DNA from: Halobacteroidaceae bacterium
GTDB taxonomy: Bacteria > Bacillota > Halanaerobiia > B1SED10-174
Assembly: GCA_003551665.1 (NCBI GenBank)
Contig: PUNE01000050.1
Location: 14,892-78,891, forward strand
Direction: 5' to 3'
Length of the DNA: 64,000 bases
The translations under genes and the position numbers were made by a program. The number at the start of each line of letters is the position of its first letter. Position 1 is the first letter of the stretch. The notes under the pieces are model-generated. The model was not told where the DNA came from. It did no database searches and saw only the letters and a program-made list of their open reading frames with translations. This document shows, piece by piece, positions 46,489 to 54,626 of the stretch.

Positions 46489-47412
46489 TTAATCATAACT
46501 AATTTGCGGATTTAAAAAGCTATAAATAACATCAACTGCCAGGTTAATCGATACAAAAATAACTGTAATAAAAAGAACCAGTCCCTGAATCATCGGGAAA
46601 TCTCTCCAATTTATTGCATTAAGGGCCGCTTCTCCAATTCCAGGATAATTAAAAACAATCTCAACAATAACTGCCCCCCCTAAAAGATACCCAAACTGCA
46701 AACCAATAATTGTAATAACGGGGATCATAGCATTTCTCAGGGAATGTTTGTAAATGACTCTTCTTTCGGATAAACCTTTAGAGCGAGCGGTTTTTATGTA
46801 GTCTTTTTGGAGGACATCCAGCATGCAGGATCTTGTCATCCTGGATATAATTGCTGCGGCTATCAAACCCAGAGTAAGTGAAGGCAGGACAAGGTGCTTC
46901 CAGGTCTCACTTCCCATTACAGGAAACCAGCCCAGGTTTACTGAAAAAACCATCATCAAAATCAATCCAAGCCAGAAAGCAGGCATTGAAACCCCAATTA
47001 AAGAGGCCACCATGCTTGCCAGGTCTACCCAGGTATCCTTTTTCACAGCGGACAGAACCCCGGTGAAAACTCCCAAAAAAGCAGCAATTATTAAACTACA
47101 TATTGTGAGCTTAAAAGTATTGGGAAACCGGTTTTTTATTTCAGAAGCAACGGGCTGGCGAGTTTGAATTGACCTCCCCAGGTCGCCTCTTAAAGCATTC
47201 CCCACGAACAAAAAATACTGGGTCGGTAGGGGTTGGTCCAGGCCAAGAAAACTTCTTAGTTCCGCCCTGTTTTCTTCCGTGGAAGGCTGACCATAAAGCA
47301 TAATATCAACAGGGTCCCCAGGTACTACAACCCGCATCAGAAAAACAAGGATGGAAATCCCAATTAAAACTGGCACCATTAAAAAAATCCTTTTTGCAAT
47401 ATATTCAAGCAC
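46489..47412 (-). CDS. Dipeptide/oligopeptide ABC permease (DppB-like)
   Basis: MLEYIAKRIFLMVPVL N-terminus and KTARSKGLSERRVIYKHSLRNAMIPV motif. GTG start after GGAGGTG. Confidence 0.9.
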   Translation of the reverse strand: MLEYIAKRIFLMVPVLIGISILVFLMRVVVPGDPVDIMLYGQPSTEENRAELRSFLGLDQPLPTQYFLFVGNALRGDLGRSIQTRQPVASEIKNRFPNTFKLTICSLIIAAFLGVFTGVLSAVKKDTWVDLASMVASLIGVSMPAFWLGLILMMVFSVNLGWFPVMGSETWKHLVLPSLTLGLIAAAIISRMTRSCMLDVLQKDYIKTARSKGLSERRVIYKHSLRNAMIPVITIIGLQFGYLLGGAVIVEIVFNYPGIGEAALNAINWRDFPMIQGLVLFITVIFVSINLAVDVIYSFLNPQISYD

Positions 47413-47480
47413 AGTTTCACCTCCTCGAAAACAATAATAAAGACAGGGGAACCAGCCCGGGACTGATTCCCCTGCCCAGA

Positions 47481-49040
47481 TTAATCGTTAATAATAACGT
47501 CGTTATAAAGAATTCCTGCTACATCATTTTTTAAACCCTCAACTTCTGAGCGGTGAGCAATACTTCCCCAGACGGTGAAAAGAGGAATAATTGCAGCATC
47601 TTCAAGGAGTGCTTTTTGAGCTTGGGCTACAACCTCCATCCGCTCCACCGGTTCAATTGTTACATCGGTCTTTTTTAATATTTCATCAATCTCAGGGTTA
47701 CCATACATTCCCACCCAGCCAGGGCTGGAAAGCTGCATGGAAAGAAGGCTGGCATCCCAAAAACTCCAGGCAATAATATTCATATTATGTTCGCCTCTGT
47801 TTAAGCCGGGTATCAATGTCCCTGTTTCGTAGACTTCCATTTTTACATTAATCCCTATTTGCTGAAGTTGATAAACGATAATTTCAGCTGAACGGGTCGC
47901 AGTATTTGTTGATGGAACCCACATTATTATTTCCAGAAGTTCCCCATCCTGATTTACATACCCTTGAGGAGTTTCGGTATAACCCATTTCCTCCATGAGA
48001 GCTTTTGCTTTATCAGGATTATAATGGTAACCGTATTCTTCCCCAATTTGGGGATCGTAACCCGGGACCCCAACTGGAAGAGGACTGCGGTTTGGGGTTG
48101 CATTTCCAGACAAAGCACCCATTATTATCTCCTCAATGTTAACTGCATAACCCATTACCTGGCGCATTCGAAAATCATCAAAAGGGGGTTTATGGGTATT
48201 AAATTCCAGGAGGTTAATATTTGTTCCCTCCTTATTTGTCATAAGTTCAAGGTAGGGGTTGTCTTCAAACCTGGACATATATTCCATGGGAGCATTGGTT
48301 ACAACGTGGACCTCACCCGTTCTTAAAGCTGCCATCTGGGTTCCTGGCTCAGAAATAAAGTTAATCCTCATTTGAGAAAAATGAAAAGGACCCTGGTTAT
48401 CAATATCTGACCTCCAGGTCTGGTAATCATCATTCCTCTCAAGAATTATTTCCGAACCCGGTCTCCACTCACCCATTTTTAGGGGGCCAGAACCGACAGG
48501 ATTGCGGCTAAAGTTTTCTCCGTATTTGTCGACAGCAGTTGGGGAAATAATTCCCATACGAGGCGAACCAAGTTGAGAGAAAACTGGAGCGTATGGCGTT
48601 TCATAATAAAAACAAACTTCATAATCTGACAAGGCTTCAACTTTTTTCAAGGGCCCTATATGGCCACGAGCTGGAGAGCCTTGTTCAGGATCAATAAGGC
48701 GATTAAAAGTAAAAGCAACTGCTTCAGCGTTTACTGGCGTTCCATCATGGAAATTAATCCCTTCCCGGATTTTGAAGGAGATTTCTTTCCCCTCATCGCT
48801 GATTTCCCAGGATTCGGCAAGCCATCCCTGGGGCAAGCCATCCTGGTCAATATAAACCAAGCGGTCATAAATATTATACATTACAGCTACAGCAGCTCCC
48901 ATCATTGTTTCATGGGGGTCAAGGGAATTGGGTTCTTCAGCAATGGAAATACTCAAAGCACCTGCTGAAGCGGATCCGTTATACAGGCCAGATAACAACA
49001 ATACAGAAAGAACCAGTGTAACTAAGAGACTTTTTTTCAT
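47481..49040 (-). CDS. Family-5 peptide ABC substrate-binding protein (DppA/OppA-like)
   Basis: Signal peptide MKKSLLVTLVLSVLLLSG and an SBP_bac_5-like core. ATG 49040 was chosen. Confidence 0.9.
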   Translation of the reverse strand: MKKSLLVTLVLSVLLLSGLYNGSASAGALSISIAEEPNSLDPHETMMGAAVAVMYNIYDRLVYIDQDGLPQGWLAESWEISDEGKEISFKIREGINFHDGTPVNAEAVAFTFNRLIDPEQGSPARGHIGPLKKVEALSDYEVCFYYETPYAPVFSQLGSPRMGIISPTAVDKYGENFSRNPVGSGPLKMGEWRPGSEIILERNDDYQTWRSDIDNQGPFHFSQMRINFISEPGTQMAALRTGEVHVVTNAPMEYMSRFEDNPYLELMTNKEGTNINLLEFNTHKPPFDDFRMRQVMGYAVNIEEIIMGALSGNATPNRSPLPVGVPGYDPQIGEEYGYHYNPDKAKALMEEMGYTETPQGYVNQDGELLEIIMWVPSTNTATRSAEIIVYQLQQIGINVKMEVYETGTLIPGLNRGEHNMNIIAWSFWDASLLSMQLSSPGWVGMYGNPEIDEILKKTDVTIEPVERMEVVAQAQKALLEDAAIIPLFTVWGSIAHRSEVEGLKNDVAGILYNDVIIND

Positions 49041-49150
49041 TTTCTTTCCCCTTTCATGATTTATTTGCATCTTTAATTAACCTTTAGCACATTATAGTAA
49101 ATTTTTGTTAATTGGCTTATTGTGAAATAATTAAATTATTTGTTAAAACG

Positions 49151-49179
49151 ATTATAAAAGACTGGCCTTTTTTTGTCAA
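49151..49179 (-). promoter_or_regulatory. Perfect consensus sigma-70 promoter for the Dpp-like operon
   Basis: On the minus strand: TTGACA (49179..49174), exactly 17 nt, then TATAAT (49156..49151). Confidence 0.65.
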
Positions 49180-49309
49180 TAGAAAATGGGAAAGAAAAAT
49201 TAAACTTGGTACCCTATTTTTCCCTTCTGAAAAGGATTATCTGGCAATTTAGGAGAAAGCTAATTAATAAAAAGTTTTCAAATTATTAAAAATTGGCGGG
49301 AGGAAAAAA

Positions 49310-49450
49310 ATGTTAGGACAGATTGGACCCCTTGAACTGGCTCTGTTGTTAATTCTGGTGGTAATAATTTTTTCTCACAAAAAGCTTCCGGAAATCGGGC
49401 GAAATATTGCCCGGGGTTTAAAGGAATTTAAAAAGGAAACAAAAAAATAG
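49310..49450 (+). CDS. tatA: Twin-arginine translocase subunit TatA/E (46 aa; below the ORF-track cutoff)
   Basis: Hand translation gives MLGQIGPLELALLLILVVIIFSHKKLPEIGRNIARGLKEFKKETKK. GGGAGG lies 6 nt upstream. TM plus the amphipathic KKLPEIGR..G..EFKK motif is the TatA signature. Confidence 0.8.
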   Translation: MLGQIGPLELALLLILVVIIFSHKKLPEIGRNIARGLKEFKKETKK

Positions 49451-49477
49451 GGGGACTCAATTGAAAAATGAGTCCCC
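49451..49477. terminator. Hairpin between convergent tatA and the S9 peptidase gene
   Basis: 9-bp stem ggggactca (49451-49459) / tgagtcccc (49469-49477). On the minus strand it is followed by CTATTTTTTT. Confidence 0.55.
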
Positions 49478-49520
49478 CGGTCATGGCTCCGACCTTCTTC
49501 CTGAAGGTCTTTTTCATTTT

Positions 49521-51452
49521 TTACAGGTACTTCTCAAACCATTTCTTGATTTCTTCAAGCCTTCTGAGCCGGTTTTTGGGTTTTCCCGAGCGAGACAGCT
49601 CGTGGTTTTCTCCCTTAAAAATACAGGCCCGGGTGGGTATCCCCCTGTTTTTCAGGGCAGTAAACATCTGCAGGCTTTCCACCAGCCAGCAGCGGTAATC
49701 CTCCTCGGCGTTGATAAACAGGGTGGGTGTTTTTACCCGGTCCGCATATGCAAGGGGGGAATGCTTCCAGAGTTTTTCCACATCCTGCCAGGGATCAACC
49801 CCGATCTGGTCGGGAACGAAGAAAAACCCGATATCCGTTGTCCCGTACATGGAAATCCAGCTGCCAATACTCCGCTGAGAAACTGCGGCTTTAAACCGGT
49901 CAGTATGACCCACAATCCAGTTGGTCATGAAGCCTCCATAGGATCCCCCGGCAACACCCATCCGGTTTTCATCCAGCCAGGGGAATTTTTCCAGGGCGGT
50001 ATCCACAACTTCCATTAAATCTCTGTAATCCCGCTGCCCATAGGCACCCCGAATATCGGCAAATTCGTTGCCCCGGCCATCGCTTCCCCGGGGGTTACTG
50101 AAAACAACAGCCCAGCCTGCAGCAGCAAGAGCCTGCATCTCATGGAAAAACACCGGCCCGTAAATTGTTTTTGGACCACCGTGGATCTCCAGGATAAGGG
50201 GGTATTTGCTGCCTGGATTGAAGTCTGCAGGTTTAATTATCCAGGCTTCCAGTTCCCTCCCGTCATCTGTTTTAACTGGGAAGGGTTCTGGGGTCAGCAC
50301 CTGGGTCTGCTCCAGGTATTCCTGGTTAAGGGAGGTTATCCTCTTCTCCTCTCCGTCCTGCCACCAGTAGAGTTCAGGCAGATCGGTTCCCCGCAGGGCC
50401 ACATAGACAATTTTCCCTCCTGCAATATCAAAGCCATCTATTCCCCCGGCAATATCTACCACTTTTTCCAGGTCCCCGTCCTTCCACTTCCAGAGATAAA
50501 CCCCGCTTTTTTCGGTGGCCAGGAATAATAGGGCTCCTTTTTCCACCACAAACTGCCGGCCGGCATCCAGTCGGACATCAGTTCCGAGAGTTACCCCCAG
50601 GCTCCTGTCCATTTCAGTTAGCCGGTCAAAATCCCCGGTTACCAGGTCCAGGCCGTACAGTTCCCGGTTGGTACCGAGACCCATGGCCTCTCCATCAGTG
50701 GCCCCAAAAATGGCCCTTTCTCCATCGAGGAAGCGGGCAAATTGGACCAAAAGCTCATCCCCCGGAGTTCTGCGGATTATTTCTCCCTTCTTCAGGTCCA
50801 TCAGGCATACCGAGGCAGTAAGCTCCAGCTTATCCTCAAATTTCTGGCGGACAAATAAAACCCGTTCTCCCCTTACATCAAAATCTCCCACCTGAAAGGC
50901 CCCTGAAGTCAGGGGTTCAAGTTTTTTTAGTTCCAGGTTGTAGCGGTAGAGATGGTTTCTTCGCCCCTTGATCAGGCCTTTTCCGTTCTGCCAGAAAGGT
51001 AATTCTTCCAGGACCAGGGCCTCTCCCTGTTCTTCCTTTTCCTCTTCTTCTTTTATTCCCGTTAAAAGCAGTTCCCCGGGGCCGGCTTTTTTCATCTCTG
51101 TGATCTTGAGAGGAACACGGGCAACCTGTTCCGCTTCTCCTCCATCAACCCGAATTCTATACAGTTCCGTTTCTTTGGTCTCTTTTTCCTTTTCTTCCCC
51201 GGTATTCCCTCTCTGCCCCGAAAAAACAATGGTTTTTTCATCCATCCAGACGAACGGGCCATCCTTGGGTCCCGCGGTCAGGGGCCAGTAACTGTCCTTT
51301 TCCGGTTCAAAAATCCAGATTCTGCTCGCGTAATCATTTTCCTCCTCCCGGGCCTTTTTTACTGTAAAAGCCACCCTGTCTCCCCCTGGAGAAAAACAAA
51401 CATTTCCGGGAAACCTAAAACGCCAGAGGTCTCCAATTGCAACTCTTTGCAT
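49521..51452 (-). CDS. S9-family serine peptidase (prolyl oligopeptidase / acylaminoacyl-peptidase type)
   Basis: N-terminal propeller-like region. Catalytic domain with GVAGGSYGGFM, EEDYRC and GENHEL. Confidence 0.9.
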   Translation of the reverse strand: MQRVAIGDLWRFRFPGNVCFSPGGDRVAFTVKKAREEENDYASRIWIFEPEKDSYWPLTAGPKDGPFVWMDEKTIVFSGQRGNTGEEKEKETKETELYRIRVDGGEAEQVARVPLKITEMKKAGPGELLLTGIKEEEEKEEQGEALVLEELPFWQNGKGLIKGRRNHLYRYNLELKKLEPLTSGAFQVGDFDVRGERVLFVRQKFEDKLELTASVCLMDLKKGEIIRRTPGDELLVQFARFLDGERAIFGATDGEAMGLGTNRELYGLDLVTGDFDRLTEMDRSLGVTLGTDVRLDAGRQFVVEKGALLFLATEKSGVYLWKWKDGDLEKVVDIAGGIDGFDIAGGKIVYVALRGTDLPELYWWQDGEEKRITSLNQEYLEQTQVLTPEPFPVKTDDGRELEAWIIKPADFNPGSKYPLILEIHGGPKTIYGPVFFHEMQALAAAGWAVVFSNPRGSDGRGNEFADIRGAYGQRDYRDLMEVVDTALEKFPWLDENRMGVAGGSYGGFMTNWIVGHTDRFKAAVSQRSIGSWISMYGTTDIGFFFVPDQIGVDPWQDVEKLWKHSPLAYADRVKTPTLFINAEEDYRCWLVESLQMFTALKNRGIPTRACIFKGENHELSRSGKPKNRLRRLEEIKKWFEKYL

Positions 51453-51465
51453 TACCTTTCCTCCT

Positions 51466-52674
51466 TCACTCGTTTGCTTCTTTCAGAGGGCTGGAAGCCC
51501 CCTGGTTGCGGATCATTATAATATACTGGAAGTAGTCGGTGGTTACCCCCCTGCTAGGCCGGCTTAAAAAGTGGATCTCTTCACTGAACGGGGAACCGGG
51601 AGCAGCGAGCCAGAACATTTCCACTTCCGAGGGTGCCGCCCGCCTCAGGGTTTCCAGATCCCGGATCTCCCTGGAGCTATAATAAAATTCTCCGGAGGTT
51701 TTGGGGTCCATTAACCAACATTGATCATAAATGTAATAAATACTTAAAACCTGCCCTGCCCAGGGAGAACTTTCACTGTTCAAAAGACCGCCCAGCCAGT
51801 CAACACCAGCCTGATTCCCCTGCAGGACATGGTTCCCGCCCCACTGGGCGAAAAAAGCACCACGGTCCAGGTAAGAATCCAGTTCCCTGAGGTTGGAAAA
51901 AGAATTGTCTTCCCGGGCCTGGGGTCCTTCTCCCCAGACCATGTGAGTTCGAAGCAGACTTGCAACTGTAAGCTTAAAATCAGGCCAGTCGTCTCCCAGT
52001 GTTTTTTCCAGGTGCTCGCCTTCCCTTTCTATTTTTTCTTCAAGAAGAACGGCAAGCTGCAGGGTTTCTCTACGAACCCGGTAACTGTATTGCTGGACAT
52101 CACCTTCCAGCTTACGGTAATCAGCAGCCAGGTCTCTGAGGGGCTCAAGGTTCTCTGCCCCTTTTTCCGCCAGCAGATAATCCAGAAAGAGGACCGGGGC
52201 GGTCAGGGGAAGATCCAGGTCGATCCCAATTATCTCGATCCTTTTTTCCGGGGGCAGGGGAGCATTAAATTCATAAAGCCTCCTGAAAAAATCATACTTT
52301 TCCTCGCTCCAAAGAGCTGTCCCTTCCAGCTGGGAAAAGGCCATTTCCAGCAGGAGTTCTTCCCCGCCCTGGACATACCTGTTGAGCATGTTTCCCAGGG
52401 CATAACCTCCCTCCCAGAGAAAATAGCGGACCTGGGCATTTTTGTGCAGGAAAAGAAGGAGATTAAAAGCCAGCTCAGAATTTATTGCCACCCCGTGGGC
52501 TTCACCGGCCATAAATATCTTTTTCCCTTCCAGGCCCTCAAGCAAAAGGTGGAAATCAGGATCTGCCGAAATGGGTTCGCTATTCAGGCGCAGGTACTCC
52601 AGGTCCAGGGCAAGGACCTGCCCTCCACCTGCTACCAGAAGGCACAAAATTATCAGGAGGAAAATTCCCCTCAT
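51466..52674 (-). CDS. Secreted EreA/ChaN/Tiki-like superfamily protein, paralog of 24299..25606
   Basis: Signal peptide. It shares FMAGEAHGV, VRYFLWEGGY, RIEIIGIDL, FAQWGGNHV, AGQVLSIYYIYDQC and TTDYFQY blocks with the other copy. Confidence 0.6.
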   Translation of the reverse strand: MRGIFLLIILCLLVAGGGQVLALDLEYLRLNSEPISADPDFHLLLEGLEGKKIFMAGEAHGVAINSELAFNLLLFLHKNAQVRYFLWEGGYALGNMLNRYVQGGEELLLEMAFSQLEGTALWSEEKYDFFRRLYEFNAPLPPEKRIEIIGIDLDLPLTAPVLFLDYLLAEKGAENLEPLRDLAADYRKLEGDVQQYSYRVRRETLQLAVLLEEKIEREGEHLEKTLGDDWPDFKLTVASLLRTHMVWGEGPQAREDNSFSNLRELDSYLDRGAFFAQWGGNHVLQGNQAGVDWLGGLLNSESSPWAGQVLSIYYIYDQCWLMDPKTSGEFYYSSREIRDLETLRRAAPSEVEMFWLAAPGSPFSEEIHFLSRPSRGVTTDYFQYIIMIRNQGASSPLKEANE

Positions 52675-52699
52675 TGCCCAACATTCCTTTCCCCTGTTT

Positions 52700-53611
52700 T
52701 CAGCTCAAACCTTCCACCAGTATATCCAGAACCCTCTTTCGGTCCGCTTCAAGGCACAGCTTAATGTTCGGCTTTTGCCCGCTCACCCCGGCAAAATCTA
52801 TTGCAGTGAGTCCCCTTCCCCATTGACCAGCCGTTTCAACTGCGGCGAACACATTTGCTCCCTTTAGGAGGGTCTGGGGATCTATGGCCACTGCAGCAGC
52901 AACCAGGTCAGAGAGTATAATACCCTTCCTGCCCATTCTCTTTTCAATGAAGGCAGCAAAGGGTTCACACATTGCCAGGAAGGTCCGGGCCAGTTTGCCT
53001 GTACCCAGTTTTCCTTCCAGCTCGGAGAGAGGAAACAGAATTTCCACAGTTGGTTCCCAGGGAACCAGAGTTATTTCCATTCCTGACCTTAAAACCATTG
53101 CTGCTGCTTCCGGATCGGCCGCGAAATTGAATTCTCCAACCGGAGTGGTATTGCCCCGACCCGTGCTTGTTCCCCCCATTATTACCACCCGACCTATCCT
53201 TTCCACAAGTCCCCTGTCCTTACCAAGGGCCAGGGCAATATTGGTCAGAGGCCCCAGGGTTAAAAGTCCAACCTCACCCGGGTAGGTCCTGCTTTTTTCC
53301 AGGATCATGTCAACAGCGTGTTCGTTCTCCGGCCGGGAAATAACTGCTGGACGATCCAGGTCCCCCAGTCCATCTTCTCCATGAACCGAGGCCGCATTGA
53401 TTCTTTTTTCCAGGAGGGGGCTTTCCGCCCCCGAAAAAACTGGAGTTTCCGTTTCCAGAAGGTCCTTCAGAAAAAGAGCATTCCGCAGGGCTTTGTCCAG
53501 GTCAACATTGCCGTGAACAACGCTCCAGGCCAGCACATCCAATCCTTTCTCAGCGGCGATTATTGCTGCCGCATCGTCAACCCCTGGATCGGTATCAATT
53601 ATCCACTTCAT
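52700..53611 (-). CDS. Nucleoside hydrolase (inosine/uridine-preferring family)
   Basis: MKWIIDTDPGVDDAAAI signature. ATG 53611 follows GGAGGTGG and overlaps the ribokinase 3' end by 17 nt. Confidence 0.9.
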   Translation of the reverse strand: MKWIIDTDPGVDDAAAIIAAEKGLDVLAWSVVHGNVDLDKALRNALFLKDLLETETPVFSGAESPLLEKRINAASVHGEDGLGDLDRPAVISRPENEHAVDMILEKSRTYPGEVGLLTLGPLTNIALALGKDRGLVERIGRVVIMGGTSTGRGNTTPVGEFNFAADPEAAAMVLRSGMEITLVPWEPTVEILFPLSELEGKLGTGKLARTFLAMCEPFAAFIEKRMGRKGIILSDLVAAAVAIDPQTLLKGANVFAAVETAGQWGRGLTAIDFAGVSGQKPNIKLCLEADRKRVLDILVEGLS

Positions 53612-54521
53612 TTTTTCCCACCTCCTGTTGCAGCTTTTCAATATCAGAAACAGTGGGGAGCGAACTCTGAGCTCCCAGTCGGCTGGCTGCAATTCCTCCC
53701 GCCGCGTTGGCAAAAGTTACTGCCCGGTCCAGGGAAAATCCAGCCTGCAGGGACCAGCAAAGGGCTGCAGCAAAAGCATCTCCTGCAGCGGTAGTATCTA
53801 CCGCCTCAACCGAAAAAGCGGGGAAGTCCTTCCTTTCTGCATCAGCAAAAACCGAGCTGCCTTCTTTTCCTTTTTTAAGGACCAGGTTTTTTAACCCCAT
53901 ATCCAAAAGTTTTTTCGCCCGCTGGTCTGTATCTCCACTTTCTGGAAGAAGGGCTTCCAGTTCACCGCTGTTAGGCAGAAGGTAATCCAGGTCCTGATAG
54001 AGAGAAGACGGCAGTTCCATAACAGGAGCGGGATCCAGGAAAACCCGACAGCCATTTTCTCTTCCCAGGCGAGCTGCAGTCCGAACAGTTTCCAGGGGGA
54101 TCTCCAGCTGGAGAAGAACCCCCCAGGCCTGGTGGAAAAGGGCTTCTGCCGCCAGCACTGCTTCCGGAGTTACCTTCCGATTGGCCCCGGCAATGGTGAT
54201 AATCCTGTTTTCACCATCATCGGCCAGGGTAATTGCCGCAAGGCCGGTGCTTTCTTCAGTATCAATTACTCTGGAAATATCGACAGCCTCCTGCTGCAGT
54301 CTCTTTTTTAATTCTTCCCCGTGGGGATCCTTACCAACTGCCCCAATCAGCTTAACTTCACCGCCCAGGCGGGCCAGCCCGACTGCCTGGTTGGCACCTT
54401 TCCCGCCGGGAAAGCGGTGAAACTCACTACCCGGAAGTGTTTCCCCGGCCCGAGGAAACCTGGGCACCCGGAAAACCAGGTCCATATTAATACTTCCAAC
54501 AACAATCAGTGGGCCTGCCAT
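53595..54521 (-). CDS. rbsK: Ribokinase (PfkB family)
   Basis: VVGSINMDL, GGKGANQA and DTTAAGDAF motifs. Confidence 0.9.
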   Translation of the reverse strand: MAGPLIVVGSINMDLVFRVPRFPRAGETLPGSEFHRFPGGKGANQAVGLARLGGEVKLIGAVGKDPHGEELKKRLQQEAVDISRVIDTEESTGLAAITLADDGENRIITIAGANRKVTPEAVLAAEALFHQAWGVLLQLEIPLETVRTAARLGRENGCRVFLDPAPVMELPSSLYQDLDYLLPNSGELEALLPESGDTDQRAKKLLDMGLKNLVLKKGKEGSSVFADAERKDFPAFSVEAVDTTAAGDAFAAALCWSLQAGFSLDRAVTFANAAGGIAASRLGAQSSLPTVSDIEKLQQEVGKNEVDN

Positions 54522-54587
54522 TTCAGCCGCTCCTTTGCAAAACCTTTTTATTTTGTTTTCTCGAAATGCTCCTTTCTTCCTCTTTTA

Positions 54588-54596
54588 TGTTACAAT
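54588..54596 (+). promoter_or_regulatory. Candidate extended -10 element for the PucR-like gene
   Basis: TGtTACAAT lies ~30 nt upstream of the proposed GTG start. There is no good -35. Confidence 0.3.
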
Positions 54597-54626
54597 ATAG
54601 TTATTAATGCAGGCGAGGTGGTAAAG

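Noticed and set aside
39250-49450. Calling the low-GC island a prophage, ICE or transposon
   Set aside because: There are no recombinase, phage or conjugation genes, no adjacent tRNA, and I found no direct repeats longer than ~8 nt at the two borders. Only the compositional shift supports foreign origin.
49461-50018. 185-aa plus-strand ORF
   Set aside because: It is antisense to the S9 peptidase catalytic domain.
51829-52764. 311-aa plus-strand ORF
   Set aside because: It is antisense to the EreA-like gene, whose reading frame is validated by its paralog at 24299..25606.
54321-54626. N-terminal 102 codons of the 644-aa track ORF for the PucR-like gene
   Set aside because: This part overlaps the ribokinase gene on the opposite strand and the intergenic promoter region. 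The PucR-type N-terminus and a good RBS begin at GTG 54627.
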